Assembly: GCA_964016885.1 (NCBI GenBank)
Contig: CAXHJY010000834.1
Coordinates: forward strand, 62,001-126,000
Direction: 5' to 3'
Length of the DNA stretch: 64,000 bases
Source of the DNA: Eledone cirrhosa
Lineage: Eukaryota
The first letter of the stretch is position 1; every line of letters starts with the position of its first letter. The notes under the pieces are model-generated. The model was not told where the DNA came from. It saw nothing but the letters and a program-made list of their open reading frames with translations, and ran no database searches. Made by a program: the position numbers and the translations under genes. Below are positions 23,120-35,414 of this stretch, in pieces.

Positions 23120-24520
23120 CTACAGGTCAGTCTCCCTGACGTCGCATATCACTAAGGTCATGGAATGAATCATCAGAAAGAAACTGATCACGTTCCTGGA
23201 GGAAAATGACTGCCTTATTAGCATGTTACAACACCATGACTGGGTATTGAAAACTCTGCTGGACAGCTCACACGTAGATGTGATATATCTTGACTTTGCG
23301 AAGGCCTTTGACAAGGTCGACCACAGAATGATATATCACAAACTACATAGCTTTGACATAGCCGGAAAACTAGGTGAATGGCTTTATGACTTCTTAAAAG
23401 ACAGAAGCCAGACCGTTGCAGCCAACGAGGCCTTCTTAAAGGAAATGTCAATTACAAGAGGTGTGCCTCAGAGAACTGTCTTGGGTCCACTACTGTTTGT
23501 GGTAGCTTTCTCAGATACGTCCTCTGTTCCCTCCCAAACTATGCTGATGACATGAAAGTAGCACAGACAATCAAGAAACCAGCTGACACCACTCTCTTAC
23601 AACATGATGTTGATGCCACATACAGATGGCTGAAAATAACAATATGCAATTTAATGCAGGTAAGTTTCAAGCCCACCGCTATCAATCCACAAACATAGGA
23701 CCACCACAACAAAAGTACACTGAACCAAGGGAAATTGAAATCCTGGAGTCAAAATCAATACAGGACCTGGGTATTTAGATGAACAAGGATGCAACGTTTC
23801 CTGCACACATCACCAAAATGATGACAACATGCAGACGACTGGCAGGTTGGATTCTGAGGACATTCAGAACAAGAGACTCAGAAACCATGTTGGTTCTCTG
23901 ATGTACTTTCATCCTCAGCTGGATGGACTATTGCTCTCAGCTGCGGTTGCCCCACAGTGTCAAACTCACTGCAGAACTTGAAGCAATCCTACGAGCAATG
24001 AAGCTACACCAAGAGGGTATCGTCAATGAAAGAGATAAGCTACTGAGAGAGGCTAAAGAAATTAAAGTTTTATTTCCTGGAGCAGAGATGGGAAAGATGC
24101 GCAGTGATATACATATGGAAGATCCTGGGAGGGTGAGCACAAAACTATGGCATTGAAGGCAGGACTAGCCCACGAACAGACATCGCTGTATGGTGCTAAA
24201 GGTCTCATCCGTCAAATTGAGAATAAGCACCACATACTACAATAGCTTGGAGTTCAAGGGACCACAGCTTTTTAATAAGCTGCCAAAAAATCTGAGAGAT
24301 CTACATGGTCTGCATGTAGATATTTTCAAGAGACATCTCGACATTCTACCTACCAAGATCCCAGATGAACCCACAGCTCGAGGCGAAGCAGAAATAAGAG
24401 CAGCAGTAACAAACTCCCTTTTGCATCAGTGAAAGCTGGCTGTAGAAAGTGTAGCATCAGTGGCGGTACCCCAGCATGGCCTAAGCCCCTAGCTGGAATG
24501 CAAATAATATAAAATAAAAA
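23120..24520 (+). mobile_element. CR1/L2-group LINE, degraded 3' portion
   Basis: VDVIYLDFAKAFDKVDH, GVPQRTVLGPLLF, DYCSQL, GPQLFNKLP..IPDEP, followed by an A-rich tail. Confidence 0.85.
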
Positions 24521-24566
24521 AAATATATATATGTTCATATATATAAATGTATATATATGTTCATAT

Positions 24567-25340
24567 ATCATCATCATCACCGTTTTACGTCCGTTCTTCC
24601 ACGCTAACATGGGTTAGACGGGTTGTCCTGTTGTGGGCAGTAGCCGGTTGGCTGACCATGTCTTGTTCATACGGGAACTGATTTTGGCTTGATTTCTACA
24701 GCTGGATGCCCTTCCTAACACCAACCTCATTTACAGTGAGTGCTGGGTGCTTTTTTTCTGTAGCGTCTACACGTCCACTTTACAGTGGTAGCTGGGTGCT
24801 TTTTTGCCGTGGCACCTCCATGACTACTTTGCAGTGGGAGGAGGTGGGGGCATATTGTCTATATGCTTCAGTTTTGGCTTGTACCCGTGGGGGGTTGGGT
24901 CTTCTGTATTACTACGTGTCGCCAGAGGTCACGGTCGTGTGTCATTGCCTTTGAGAGGTGTAATTGGTTAAGATCGGCTTTTATCACCTCATCCCAGGTC
25001 TTTTTAGGTCTCCCCACTCTGCAGCTTCCATCGACTTCTAGTGCTCTGTACCTTTTTATGCAGCTGTCATTCTTCATACGTATCACATGTCCATACCAAT
25101 GCAACCTCCTCTCCTGCACACCGCATTTGATTCCTCTTATGCTCAGTCTCTCTCTCAATTCATTTATGCTTTGCCGTTCGCGTATATTACTATTACACAT
25201 CCATCGGAGCATGCATGCTTTGTTTCTTTCTAATCTACGCAAGTCTTCTACAGACAGCGCCCAGGTCTCACTACCATGTAACATTGTTGTTCGTATACAC
25301 GCATCATACAGTCTGCGCTTCATTTTGAGGGAAAATCCTT
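24567..25340 (-). mobile_element. RTE LINE 3' fragment
   Basis: ORF 24868-25323 ([23 protein letters not shown]) with 3' UTR and (GAT)n tail. Confidence 0.92.
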
Positions 25341-25396
25341 AAATGTATATATTTAATGAAGGGTATTATCGAGTACTTCGTTTTTGTTTTTTTTTT

Positions 25397-25981
25397 ATCA
25401 CATCGGGTTCACCAATTTAACGAAAGGGGTATTAGTAGTGGTTAGAATTATTATAACAAGAATGGCCGATTTACTTTATATATAAAAGTTTACTTCACTT
25501 CAGTCAAAATATACAATAAACATATTACCATTAGTTGCGAATGTTGACAATGTCATTTTGTTGTTGGTTCATGGTCTGTAGTTGACTGTAGACCACTGTG
25601 GCCAGCGGTGATCTTTACATATCTTGTTTGTATCGTGGTGCTTCGATCTCTCTGTATAAACGTGGGATGATGCAGGCTTTATATACCTGTTGCCTTTTGT
25701 CTCCCACCTTGAGGGATCGCTCAAAAGGATGGTGACCTAGAGTTTGACCTTTAGGTGTTACCCAAGGTTCAAGGCGTGGACAGATCTCGCTACATTAGTT
25801 CCCTACCCAGATCGATGCAGGAGCAGCGATCGATTATAAAAGGGGTAACGAAATCTGATTCCAGAAGCATGTCCCAAAACACAAAATGTGGGTACTGCGC
25901 CCGTATTTCTAGTGCAGAGAAATTTGGAGTTTGACCTTTAGGTATCACCCAAGGTTCAAGGTGTGGACAGATCTCGCTACA
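25397..25981 (-). mobile_element. LTR remnant of a second tRNA-Trp-primed Gypsy-type family (partial LTR, PPT, LTR, PBS)
   Basis: PBS-like atcacatcgggttcacca at 25397-25414. The LTR terminus ..gatctcgctaca occurs twice (25740-25794 and 25927-25981). PPT-like ctgggtagggaactaa (minus) lies at 25795-25810. Confidence 0.65.
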
Positions 25982-26145
25982 TATATATGTTCATATATAT
26001 AAATGTATATATATGTTCATAAATGAAGTAATTCCGTCGGAAAGGTCCAGGAAAAAAGAGTACTCTATGATGTGACTGCTTACTTTAGTATATGCATTAT
26101 TCGTTTATTTATCTTTATTTATTTATTTTTATAATTATGTATATA

Positions 26146-27041
26146 CAGGGTGCGGACGATATTTGTTCGCAAGATTACTGTCTAGGAAAATTTAACACAG
26201 TAGTTTTATTTTTTAAGATTTATTTATTTATCAAACTTGGGTCAGTTTGTCTTCATGACTTGTTCTTTCGATCTCACTTGATAAACCCGCCATTGGCTTT
26301 GATGGCGGCCTCAAGGTGGCCTCGGAACCAGCTACAGGCCTTCGTCACTGTCCCCCGACTTAGGCCCCTAAAGGCACTTGTGATCCTGGCCTTCAGATCG
26401 TCTTTCGTATTGCAGCTAGATCTGTTGGTGTCTCATTCCACTGCGCCCCACACAAAGAAGTCGAGGGGATTGCAGTCAGGTGAGCTGGGAGGCCAGATGT
26501 CAGGTGAAGTATGGTCGACGAAGTTCTCTGACAACCAGGCTTGGGTCTTTCGGCTGGTATGGCAGGGCGCTGAGTCTTGCTGCCACACGTATGGCCTACC
26601 TGCAGCTACCTGGTCGATCCAAGGCTTTACTACCTCGCTCAGAATGCGGATGTAGCCATCGGTGTTCAGCTCGAGGCCCTCAGGGAAGAAGTGAGGTGGC
26701 ATGATGTCACCTTGACTGCTGACGACACCTAAGACCAATGTTGTCGCTGGAAACTTTGTCTGCATGACTCTGGGCACGTCTTTGGATGAGACAGCAAGCC
26801 ACCTGTTGTTCTGGGAGTTGATCTCCTGGTCTTATTTGTCCTCCCGGCGCGGATTCCAAGAAGAACTTCGTGTCTCTTCCACAAATTTGGGGGTTCAAAA
26901 TTATTCATAATCAATTATTCTGAAAATAAATAATGGAAATATAGTCACTGTTTTTATGAAGACAAGAGTGACAATGGAAGTAAAAAAAATTTGCATAAAA
27001 TTAGCAGTCAAAAATTGCGAACAAATATCATCCGCACCCTG
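26146..27041 (-). mobile_element. Internally deleted maT/mariner with both TIRs and TA target sites
   Basis: TA-cagggtgcggacgatatttgttcgcaa ... ttgcgaacaaatatcatccgcaccctg-TA, with a deletion junction at about 26830. Confidence 0.93.
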
Positions 27042-27090
27042 TATATATATATATATATATATATGGTCATATATATATATATATATGTTT

Positions 27091-27572
27091 ATCATCTTCA
27101 TCATCGTTTAACGTCCATTTTCTACGCTAGCATGGGTCTGGACTGGAATTGTCCCACTTGAGGCAAGATTGGTTGTCTTGCTCAGGACTGTCTGGCGGGT
27201 TTCTACGGCTGGATGCCCTTCCTAACACCAACCACGTTTACAGTATGGACTGGGAGGTTTTTACCGTGTTACCTGCACGGCCACATTACAGCGTGGACTG
27301 TGTGTTTTTTTGTCGTGGCACCTACACGACCTCATTTATTTAGGACTGGATGTTGTGGTAACAACATAGCTTTACATCGAAAGGGGTGGTGCGGTGGGGG
27401 TAGGGTTGGGACGGGGGTGTATTTTGGTTAAGAGGGGCCTACTGACTGTAGGTTTCGCTTTGTACTTAGGCAAGGCGGGTCTTCTGTATTACTACGTAGC
27501 GCCAAAGATCTCGGTCCAGTGACATTGTCTTGGAGAGGTGTAAGTGTGTGAGGTCGGATTTTATCAGGTCGT
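27091..27572 (-). mobile_element. RTE LINE 3' end
   Basis: Reverse complement of about 31220-31790, with (GAT)n tail. Confidence 0.9.
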
Positions 27573-27585
27573 ATATATATATATT

Positions 27586-30500
27586 TTGGCTGAAAAAATT
27601 TTTCCAGCGTTAATAGAAATGGCCTCACTCTCTCTCGGCCCGCTAAAATCGCCTCTCACCCTCTCACCCTCTCACTCTCTCACTATCATATATACCGCTC
27701 TCTCACTCCCCCTCACTCCCTGCCAACCAAATATAAATAAGTCTTGTTACGGGGGACAAAACTCAGAATTTGTCAACTATTATGATGGTCGGTCGGTCAG
27801 TCTACTTCTAAGAAATGTAACGTACATATCTCATTTTCTTCTCAACTCTCCACCCCACCCTTCGGTTCATTCATCTATATATCTTATAATCCCCCAGAAT
27901 CAAAAAATTGTATTCATAATTGTCTTTCTATAATTCTGTCTCACTGTTCTAAAAAAATAAATAAGTCTGCTCCTCGCAAACTACCCCATACCCCTCCCTC
28001 CCGCCCCCACTCTCCATATTATTTGGACCAATCACAAGTCAACGGCCTATGCTATCGCTTCTGGTTGCTTTTCGATATGATGGATGAACTAGGGAATTTC
28101 TGGAGAGTCTGAAGAATCTGGACACCCGAAGACAATGCAAAAGATAACGACAAATTCACCTCATGCTGCCGGACGAAAGGGCAAGGCCCCCGCCCTCTTT
28201 GTTGCGGCCGCGGATGGCCAACATAACCCCAACCCCATCCACCTCACCCCTCCCTACACCCTACCCACCAAACACAATCCAAAACTTCAGAGTTAGTACC
28301 ATGAATGTAGGGACCTTAAAAGGCCGCTCTAACGAGGTTGTAGAAATGCTTGAACGTAAGGAGGTTGATGTTTGCTGTATCCAAGAGACCAGGTGGAGGG
28401 GCGGGTCTGCTAAATTCATTGTCGGCAAAAAACGATGCTATAAGCTTTTCTGGGTGGGAAATGACAATGGGCTGGGTGGGGTAGGAATCATGTTAGCAGA
28501 AAAGTGGGTGGATAAGATAATAGACGTGAATAGAGTAAACGACAGAATAATTAAAATCAGACTTGTTCTAAATAGAATTACTGTGACAATAATATCTGCG
28601 TACGCACCCCAATCCGAACTGCCTGGCACTATAAAAGACAGTTTCTATGAGACACTGATGCTCACTACATCCCAAATAACCGACAGTGACTATATAATTA
28701 TTGCTGGCGACCTAAATGGTCACGTTGGACAACATTGTGACGGCTATGATGGAATCCACGGAGGCTATGGGTTTGGTACTAGAAATGAGGAAGGCTCCAG
28801 AATCCTGGAATTCTGTGACGCAAATAACCTAACTATCTGTAACACTAACTTCAAAAAACGAGACAATCACTTGATCACCTACAGATCAGGGGAACATACC
28901 AGCCAGGTAGATTATATCCTTACCAGAAGACGTGACAGAGTGTCTGTTGTAAACACTAAATCCCTCCCCCATGAAGAATGCATCTCCCAACATAGACTGA
29001 TAATTAGCGACCTCATAGTCAGGACGAGACGTACTCGACAGCAGAAGAGGACTATCCTCAGGAGAAAAATATGGAAGCTAAAGGACCCCACAGCCAGAAA
29101 TAAATTTCAAAGCATATTACTTGATGCTTTCGACAGTAAGGAAGAGCATTTAGAATCGTACAATATAGAGGAACGGTGGGAATTCCTGAAAGCAAACCTG
29201 CTGATGGCGGCAGACGAAGTCTGTGGCCGGAGCAGGCCTATAGGCAGGAGGAGAGTAACATGGTGGTGGAACAGTAAGGTGGAGGAGTCAATTAAGGCCA
29301 AAAAGCAGGCTTGGAAAGTATGGCGGGATGGGGGAAGTAGAGAAGACTATCAAGTGGCCAGGAGGGAAGCTAGGAGACAAGTGTACTTCGCAAGAAAGGA
29401 AGCAGAGGAAAGAAAGTTCAAGCATGTTCTACAACGCGAGGACCAAAAACGTGAGGTGTTCAGGATTGCTAGGCAATGTGTCAAGGAAAACCGTGATATT
29501 GTCGGGGAGAAGTGTGTACTAAATGATGATGGCGTACTTGCCATCACCGACGCTGATAAGAAGGTAGCTTGGAAGTGTCACTACGAAAGGCTACTAAATG
29601 AGGAGAATAAATGGGAGAAAGACAGTCTCCCCCACATCGACCCAATAGAGGGACCAGCAGTGTTAGTTGAAGGTAGTATAATAAGTAAGGCAATCAAAGA
29701 TATGAAGACGGGTAAGGCGGCTGGGCCTTCGGAAATAGTTGCTGAGATGCTGATAGCCTCTGGAACGGTGGGACACACCATGGTCACCCGGATAGTAAAC
29801 CAAGTCATACAGAATGGCGTTCTTCCGAAGGACTGGCATAGCAGCATCATCATTAACTGTTACAAGGGTAAAGGAGATGCCCTAGATAGGAGTAACTATA
29901 GAGGCATTAAATTAATCGACCAGGTCATGAAGGTCACAGAAAAAGTAATAGCGCAACTAATCAGAGAGAGAATTGATCTAGATGAAATGCAGTTCGGGTT
30001 TGTGTCAGGCAAAAGTACCACAGACGCTCTTTTCATTGTACGACAACTACAGGAGAAGTACCTAGCTAAAAGTAAACCCCTATACTTAGCTTTTGTCGAC
30101 TTGGAGAAAGCCTTCGACAGAGTCCCCCGTTCCATTATCTGGTGGGCTCTTAGAAAACTAGGTGTTGACGAATGGCTTGTGAGAGCTATACAAGCCATGT
30201 ATAAAGAAACAGTCAGTAAGGTTAGAATTAACAACGAATATAGTAAAGAGTTTAGCGTAAAAGTTGGTGTCCATCAGGGCTCTGTTCTTAGCCCCCTACT
30301 ATTTATTATTGCCCTTCAGGCTATAACAGAGGAGTTCAAGACCGGCTGCCCATGGGAACTCCTATACGCAGATGATCTAACGCTCATAGCTGAATCAATG
30401 ACCGAACTAAAGAAGAAATTCCAAACATGGAAGCACGGCCTAGAATCAAAAGGCCTTAAAATTAACCTGGCTAAGACTAAAGTTCTAGTTTGTAGGAAAG

Positions 30501-31800
30501 AAAATAAGGCGGCGGTCCCTTCCGGGAAATGGCCATGCTCAGTGTGTAGGAAAGGCGTAGGTAGAAACTCCATTTTATGTCCCCAATGCAAAGTATGGGT
30601 GCATAAAAGATGTAGTGGGATCACAGGTAAGCTAACTAAGAACATAGATTTTACATGTGGCCGGTGCTCTGGTGCAATAAGTAGCAGCAAGTGCCCACTA
30701 AATACTAGCTCTTTCAATTGCGCAGAGGGTTCTATAGAAATAGTGGACAGCTTCCGTTACCTGGGTGACAAAATCAGCAGTGGGGGAGGGTGCTCTGAAA
30801 GTACAGTAGCTAGAGTCAGAACTGGATGGAAAAAGTTCAGAGAGTTTATACCACTATTAGCCGCTAGAGGGTTCTCCCTAAAAATGAAAGGCAGGTTATA
30901 CGATGCCTGCATACGAACAGCAATGCTGCATGGCAGTGAGACCTGGGCACTGTGTGCAGAGGATATACGCAGACTAGAGAGGAACGAAGCTTGCATGCTC
31001 CGCTGGATGTGCAATAGTAATATACGTGAACGGCAAAGCATAAACGAACTAAGGAAAAAATTAGAAATAAGAGCGAGCAGATGTTGTTTACTCGAGAGAA
31101 GGCTACATTGGTACGGTCACGTGATGCGCATGAAAGACGAAATCTGTATAACAAAGTGCAGGGCAATAAAGATAGACGGTAGCCACGGAGTAGGCAGACC
31201 CAGAAAAACCTGGGACGACATGATAAATTCCGACCTCACACGCTTACACCTCTCCAAGACAATGTCACTGGACCGAGACCTTTGGCGGTACTCAGTAATA
31301 GAGAAGACCCGCCTTACCTAAATACAAAGTAAAAACCTACTACAGTCAGTAGGCATCTCTATCAAAACACACCCCGTCCCACCACCTCCACCCCATCCAC
31401 ACCGCCCCTTGCAATGTAAAGTTATGTTGGTCCCACAACATCCAGGCCGAAACAAATGAGATCGTGTAGGTGTCATGACAAAAAAACACACAGTCCACGC
31501 TGTAAATGTGGCCGTGTAGGCAACACGGTAAAAACCTCCCAGCCCCACACTGTAAATGTGGTTGGTGTTAGGAAGGGCATCCAGCTGTAGAAAACCCGCC
31601 AGACAGTCCACGCTGTAATGTGGCCGTGTAGGCAACACGGTAAAAACCTCCCAGCCCCACACTGTAAATGTGGTTGGTGTTAGGAAGGGCATCCAGCTGT
31701 AGAAAACCACTCTTGCCTCAAGTGGGAAAACCCCCCGTCCAAACCCATGCAAGCGTGGAACACGGACGCTAAACCTGATGATGATGATGATGATGATGAT
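27586..31800 (+). mobile_element. Full-length RTE-clade LINE, potentially intact
   Basis: About 580-bp 5' UTR, a single 1052-aa ORF, about 460-bp 3' UTR and a (GAT)n tail at 31777-31800, embedded in TA microsatellite. Confidence 0.95.
28163..31321 (+). CDS. APE endonuclease-reverse transcriptase polyprotein with PHD-type finger insert
   Basis: [34 protein letters not shown] and SQHRL (APE). [26 protein letters not shown] and FRYLG (RT). No stops. Confidence 0.95.
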   Translation: MLPDERARPPPSLLRPRMANITPTPSTSPLPTPYPPNTIQNFRVSTMNVGTLKGRSNEVVEMLERKEVDVCCIQETRWRGGSAKFIVGKKRCYKLFWVGNDNGLGGVGIMLAEKWVDKIIDVNRVNDRIIKIRLVLNRITVTIISAYAPQSELPGTIKDSFYETLMLTTSQITDSDYIIIAGDLNGHVGQHCDGYDGIHGGYGFGTRNEEGSRILEFCDANNLTICNTNFKKRDNHLITYRSGEHTSQVDYILTRRRDRVSVVNTKSLPHEECISQHRLIISDLIVRTRRTRQQKRTILRRKIWKLKDPTARNKFQSILLDAFDSKEEHLESYNIEERWEFLKANLLMAADEVCGRSRPIGRRRVTWWWNSKVEESIKAKKQAWKVWRDGGSREDYQVARREARRQVYFARKEAEERKFKHVLQREDQKREVFRIARQCVKENRDIVGEKCVLNDDGVLAITDADKKVAWKCHYERLLNEENKWEKDSLPHIDPIEGPAVLVEGSIISKAIKDMKTGKAAGPSEIVAEMLIASGTVGHTMVTRIVNQVIQNGVLPKDWHSSIIINCYKGKGDALDRSNYRGIKLIDQVMKVTEKVIAQLIRERIDLDEMQFGFVSGKSTTDALFIVRQLQEKYLAKSKPLYLAFVDLEKAFDRVPRSIIWWALRKLGVDEWLVRAIQAMYKETVSKVRINNEYSKEFSVKVGVHQGSVLSPLLFIIALQAITEEFKTGCPWELLYADDLTLIAESMTELKKKFQTWKHGLESKGLKINLAKTKVLVCRKENKAAVPSGKWPCSVCRKGVGRNSILCPQCKVWVHKRCSGITGKLTKNIDFTCGRCSGAISSSKCPLNTSSFNCAEGSIEIVDSFRYLGDKISSGGGCSESTVARVRTGWKKFREFIPLLAARGFSLKMKGRLYDACIRTAMLHGSETWALCAEDIRRLERNEACMLRWMCNSNIRERQSINELRKKLEIRASRCCLLERRLHWYGHVMRMKDEICITKCRAIKIDGSHGVGRPRKTWDDMINSDLTRLHLSKTMSLDRDLWRYSVIEKTRLT

Positions 31801-31883
31801 GTATATATATGTATGTATATATATATATATATGTATGTATATATGTGTATGTATGTATATATGTATGTATATATATATATATG

Positions 31884-31917
<34 letters not shown>

Positions 31918-32121
31918 TATATATGTATATATATGTATATATATGTATATATATATGTATATATATATGTATATATATATATATGTATGTATATATATAT
32001 ATGTATGTATATATAGATATATGTATATATATATATCTATGTATATATAGATATATGTATATATATATGTATGTATATATATATATATATATATATATCT
32101 ATGTATATAATTATATGTATG

Positions 32122-32152
<31 letters not shown>

Positions 32153-32154
<2 letters not shown>

Positions 32155-32555
32155 GACCCCTTAGTCTTTGTCAAGGCAGAATTCTAAGAGAAGGAAAACT
32201 CTGATATAACACCTGCAACCCTGATGGTATCCAATGATGTTGACTTGTTCTTCTTTTTGGTAAATATCATCTTGGTTAAGAGAGTGGGACTGGCTTTGTG
32301 CAGTGCCTTTGCTCACTATAAAAGCTTCACGGCACAGGCATTGCTTTATATCTGGAGATCTCATTGCACTTGTCGTCACATGGTACAATGGGCCCAGCAC
32401 TATGTGTCAATAATTGTGTCAATAATAGTGTTTGTACTAGAGTTTTTAAGTCGCTGGCTGGACTAAAAAGTCACACTCGTTCAGCGCATCGGTAGGGGTT
32501 TTCCTACATGGATATAAAGTAGTGGCCGTACTCAAAAACGAGTTGGCAGCCACCA
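32153..32555 (+). mobile_element. Non-autonomous RTE-derived element, copy 1 (5'-truncated)
   Basis: About 400-bp direct repeat of 32733-33135 and 33738-34140. Confidence 0.7.
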
Positions 32556-32586
32556 TGTATATATATATATGTATGTATATATATAA

Positions 32587-32617
<31 letters not shown>

Positions 32618-32722
32618 TGTATATATATATGTATGTATATATATATGTATATATATATATATGTATGTATATATATATGTATGTATATATATATATGTAT
32701 GTATGTATATATATATATGTAT

Positions 32723-33135
32723 CCCGGGAGAGATGACCCCTTAGCCTTTGTCAAGGCAGAATTCTAGGAGAAGGAAAACTCTGATATAACACCTGCAACC
32801 CTGATGGTATCCAATGATGTTGACTTGTTCTTCTTTTTGGTAAATATGATCTTGGTTAAGAGAGTGGGACTGGCTTTGTGCAGTGCCTTTGCTCACTATA
32901 AAAGCTTCACGGCACAGGCATTGCTTTATATCTGGAGATCTCTCTGCATTTGTCGTCACATGGTACCATGGGCCCAGCACTATGTGTCAATAATTGTCAC
33001 AGGTGTAGTGTTTGTACCAGAGCTTTCAAGTCGCTGGCTGGACTAAAAAGTCACACTCGTTCAGCGCATCAGTAGGGGTTCTCCTACATGGATATAAAGT
33101 AGTGGCCGTACTCGAAAACGAGTTGGCAGCCACCA
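32723..33135 (+). mobile_element. Non-autonomous RTE-derived element, copy 2 (5'-truncated)
   Basis: As copy 1. 33004-33075 encodes [23 protein letters not shown]. Confidence 0.7.
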
Positions 33136-33530
33136 TATGTATGTATATATATATGTATCTATGTATATATATGTATGTATATATATATATGTATGTATAT
33201 ATATATATGTATGTATATATATATGTATATATATATGTATGTATATATATATGTATGTATACATATATATGTATGTATATATATATGTATGTATATATAT
33301 ATGTATGTATATATATATATGTATGTATATATATATATGTATGTATATATATATGTATATATATATGTATGTATATATGTATGTATATATGTATGTATAC
33401 ATATATATGTATGTATATATATATGTATGTATATATATATGTATGTATATATATATATGTATGTATATATATATGTATGTATATATGTCAGTATATATAT
33501 ATGTATGTATATATATATGTATGTATATTA

Positions 33531-34140
33531 TGTCAGGTCACCACTTGGTGCTACTGGTAACATGTATCCCAGTACAACCTGTCTCATGGTCGGATCGTTG
33601 GCGACTAAACTGGCAACCCCACCAAGGTTTCTTGGTGAGGAGGGTGACTTTGTACATCCTGCAGGACTAAAAACAAAACCTGTCAAAGGGCAAAGGAGCT
33701 CTTAAGAGTCAATGGCCATCCAAAATCACTGGGAGAGATGACCCCTTAGCCTTTGTCAAGGCAGAATTCTAGGAGAAGGAAAACTCTGATATAACACCTG
33801 CAACCCTGATGGTATCCAATGATGTTGACTTGTTCTTCTTTTTGGTAAATATCATCTTGGTTAAGAGAGTGGGACTGGCTTTGTGCAGTGCCTTTGCTCA
33901 CTATAAAAGCTTCACGGCACAGGCATTGCTTTATATCTGGAGATCTCTCTGCACTTGTCGTCACATGGTACCATGGGCTCAGCAATATGTGTCAATAATT
34001 GTCACAAGTGCAGTGTTTGTACCAGAGTTTTCAAGTCACTGGCGGGACTAAAAAGTCACACTCGTTCAGCGCATCAGTAGGGGTTCTCCTACATGGATAT
34101 GAAGTAGTGGCCGTACTCGAAAACGAGTTGGCAGCCACCA
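33531..34140 (+). mobile_element. Non-autonomous RTE-derived element, copy 3 (longest, about 610 bp)
   Basis: About 200 bp extra at the 5' end, an RTE 5'-UTR-like ggagaaggaaaactctga motif, and the same 3' end (gtggccgtactcgaaaacgagttggcagccacca). Confidence 0.7.
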
Positions 34141-34157
34141 TGTATATATGTATGTAT

Positions 34158-35289
34158 ATCATCATCATCATCATCAACGTTTAACGTCCGTGTTCCACGC
34201 TTGCATGGGTTTGGACGAGGGTATTCCCACTTGAGGCAAGAGTGATTGTCTTGCTCGCATAGGACTGTCTGGCAGGTTTTCTACAGTTGGATGCCCTTCC
34301 TAACACCAACCACATTTACAGTGTGGGTCTGGGAGGTTTTTACCGTGTTGCCTACACGGCCACATTACAGCGTGGACTGTGTGTTTTTTTGTCGTGACAC
34401 CTACACGATCTCATTTGTTTCGGCCTGGATGGCCTGGCACCGATATAACTTTAAATAGAAGAGGGTGGTGTGGATGGGGTGGGGGTGGTGGGACAGGGTG
34501 TATTTTGTTAGAGATGCCTACTGGCTGTAGTAGGTTTTACTATGTATTTAGGTAAGGCGTGTTTTCTCTGTTACTGAGTACCGCCAAAGGTCTCGGTCCA
34601 GTGACATTGTCTTGGAGAGGTGTAAGTGTGTGAGGTCGGAGTTTATCAGCTCGTCCCAGGTTTTTCTAGGTCTGCCTATTCCGTGGCTACCGTCTATCTT
34701 TATTGCCCTGCACTTTGTTATACAGCTATCGACTTTCATGCGCATCACGTGTCCATACCAACGTAGCCTTCTCTCGAGTAAACAACATCTGATCCCTCCT
34801 ATTTCTAATTTTTTCCTTAGTTCGTTTATGCTTTGCCGTTCACGTATATTACTGTTACACATCCAACGGAGCATGCAAGCTTCATTCCTCTCTAGTCTGC
34901 GTATATCCTCTGCACACAATGCCCAGGTCTCACTGCCATGCAACATTGCTGTTCGTATGCAGGCATCATACAACCTGCCTTTCATTTTTAGGGAGAACCC
35001 TTTAGCAGCTAATAGTGGTATAAGCTCTCTGAACTTTTTCCATCCAGTTCTGACTCTAGCTACTGTACTTTCTGAGCACCCTCACCCACTGTTGATTTTG
35101 TCACCCAGGTAACGGAAGCTGTCCACTATTTCTATAGAGCCCTCTGCGCAGTTGTAAGAGCTAGTATTTTGTGGGCACTTGCTGCTACTTATTGCACCAG
35201 AGCACCGGCCACATGTAAAATCTATGTTCTTAGTTAGCTTACCTGTGATCCCACTACGTCTTTTATGCACCCATACTTTGCATTTGGGA
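34158..35289 (-). mobile_element. RTE LINE 3' fragment, same subfamily as the intact copy
   Basis: ORFs 34548-34985 and 35082-35270 are nearly identical to the C-terminus of 28163-31321. Confidence 0.93.
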
Positions 35290-35315
35290 TATATATATGT
35301 ATATATATATATATG

Positions 35316-35360
<45 letters not shown>

Positions 35361-35414
35361 GTATGCATGTATATATATATGTATGTATATATATATGTAT
35401 GTGTATATATATCT

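Larger units (their letters stand above)
31801..33528. repeat. Compound (TA)n/(TATG)n microsatellite tracts interrupted by repeat units
   Basis: Tracts at 31801-32152, 32556-32722 and 33136-33528. Confidence 0.95.

Noticed and set aside
32161-34051. Triplicated 79/80-aa ORFs as a small gene family
   Set aside because: They occur on both strands of a repeated element, have no recognisable domain, and are conserved only through DNA identity.
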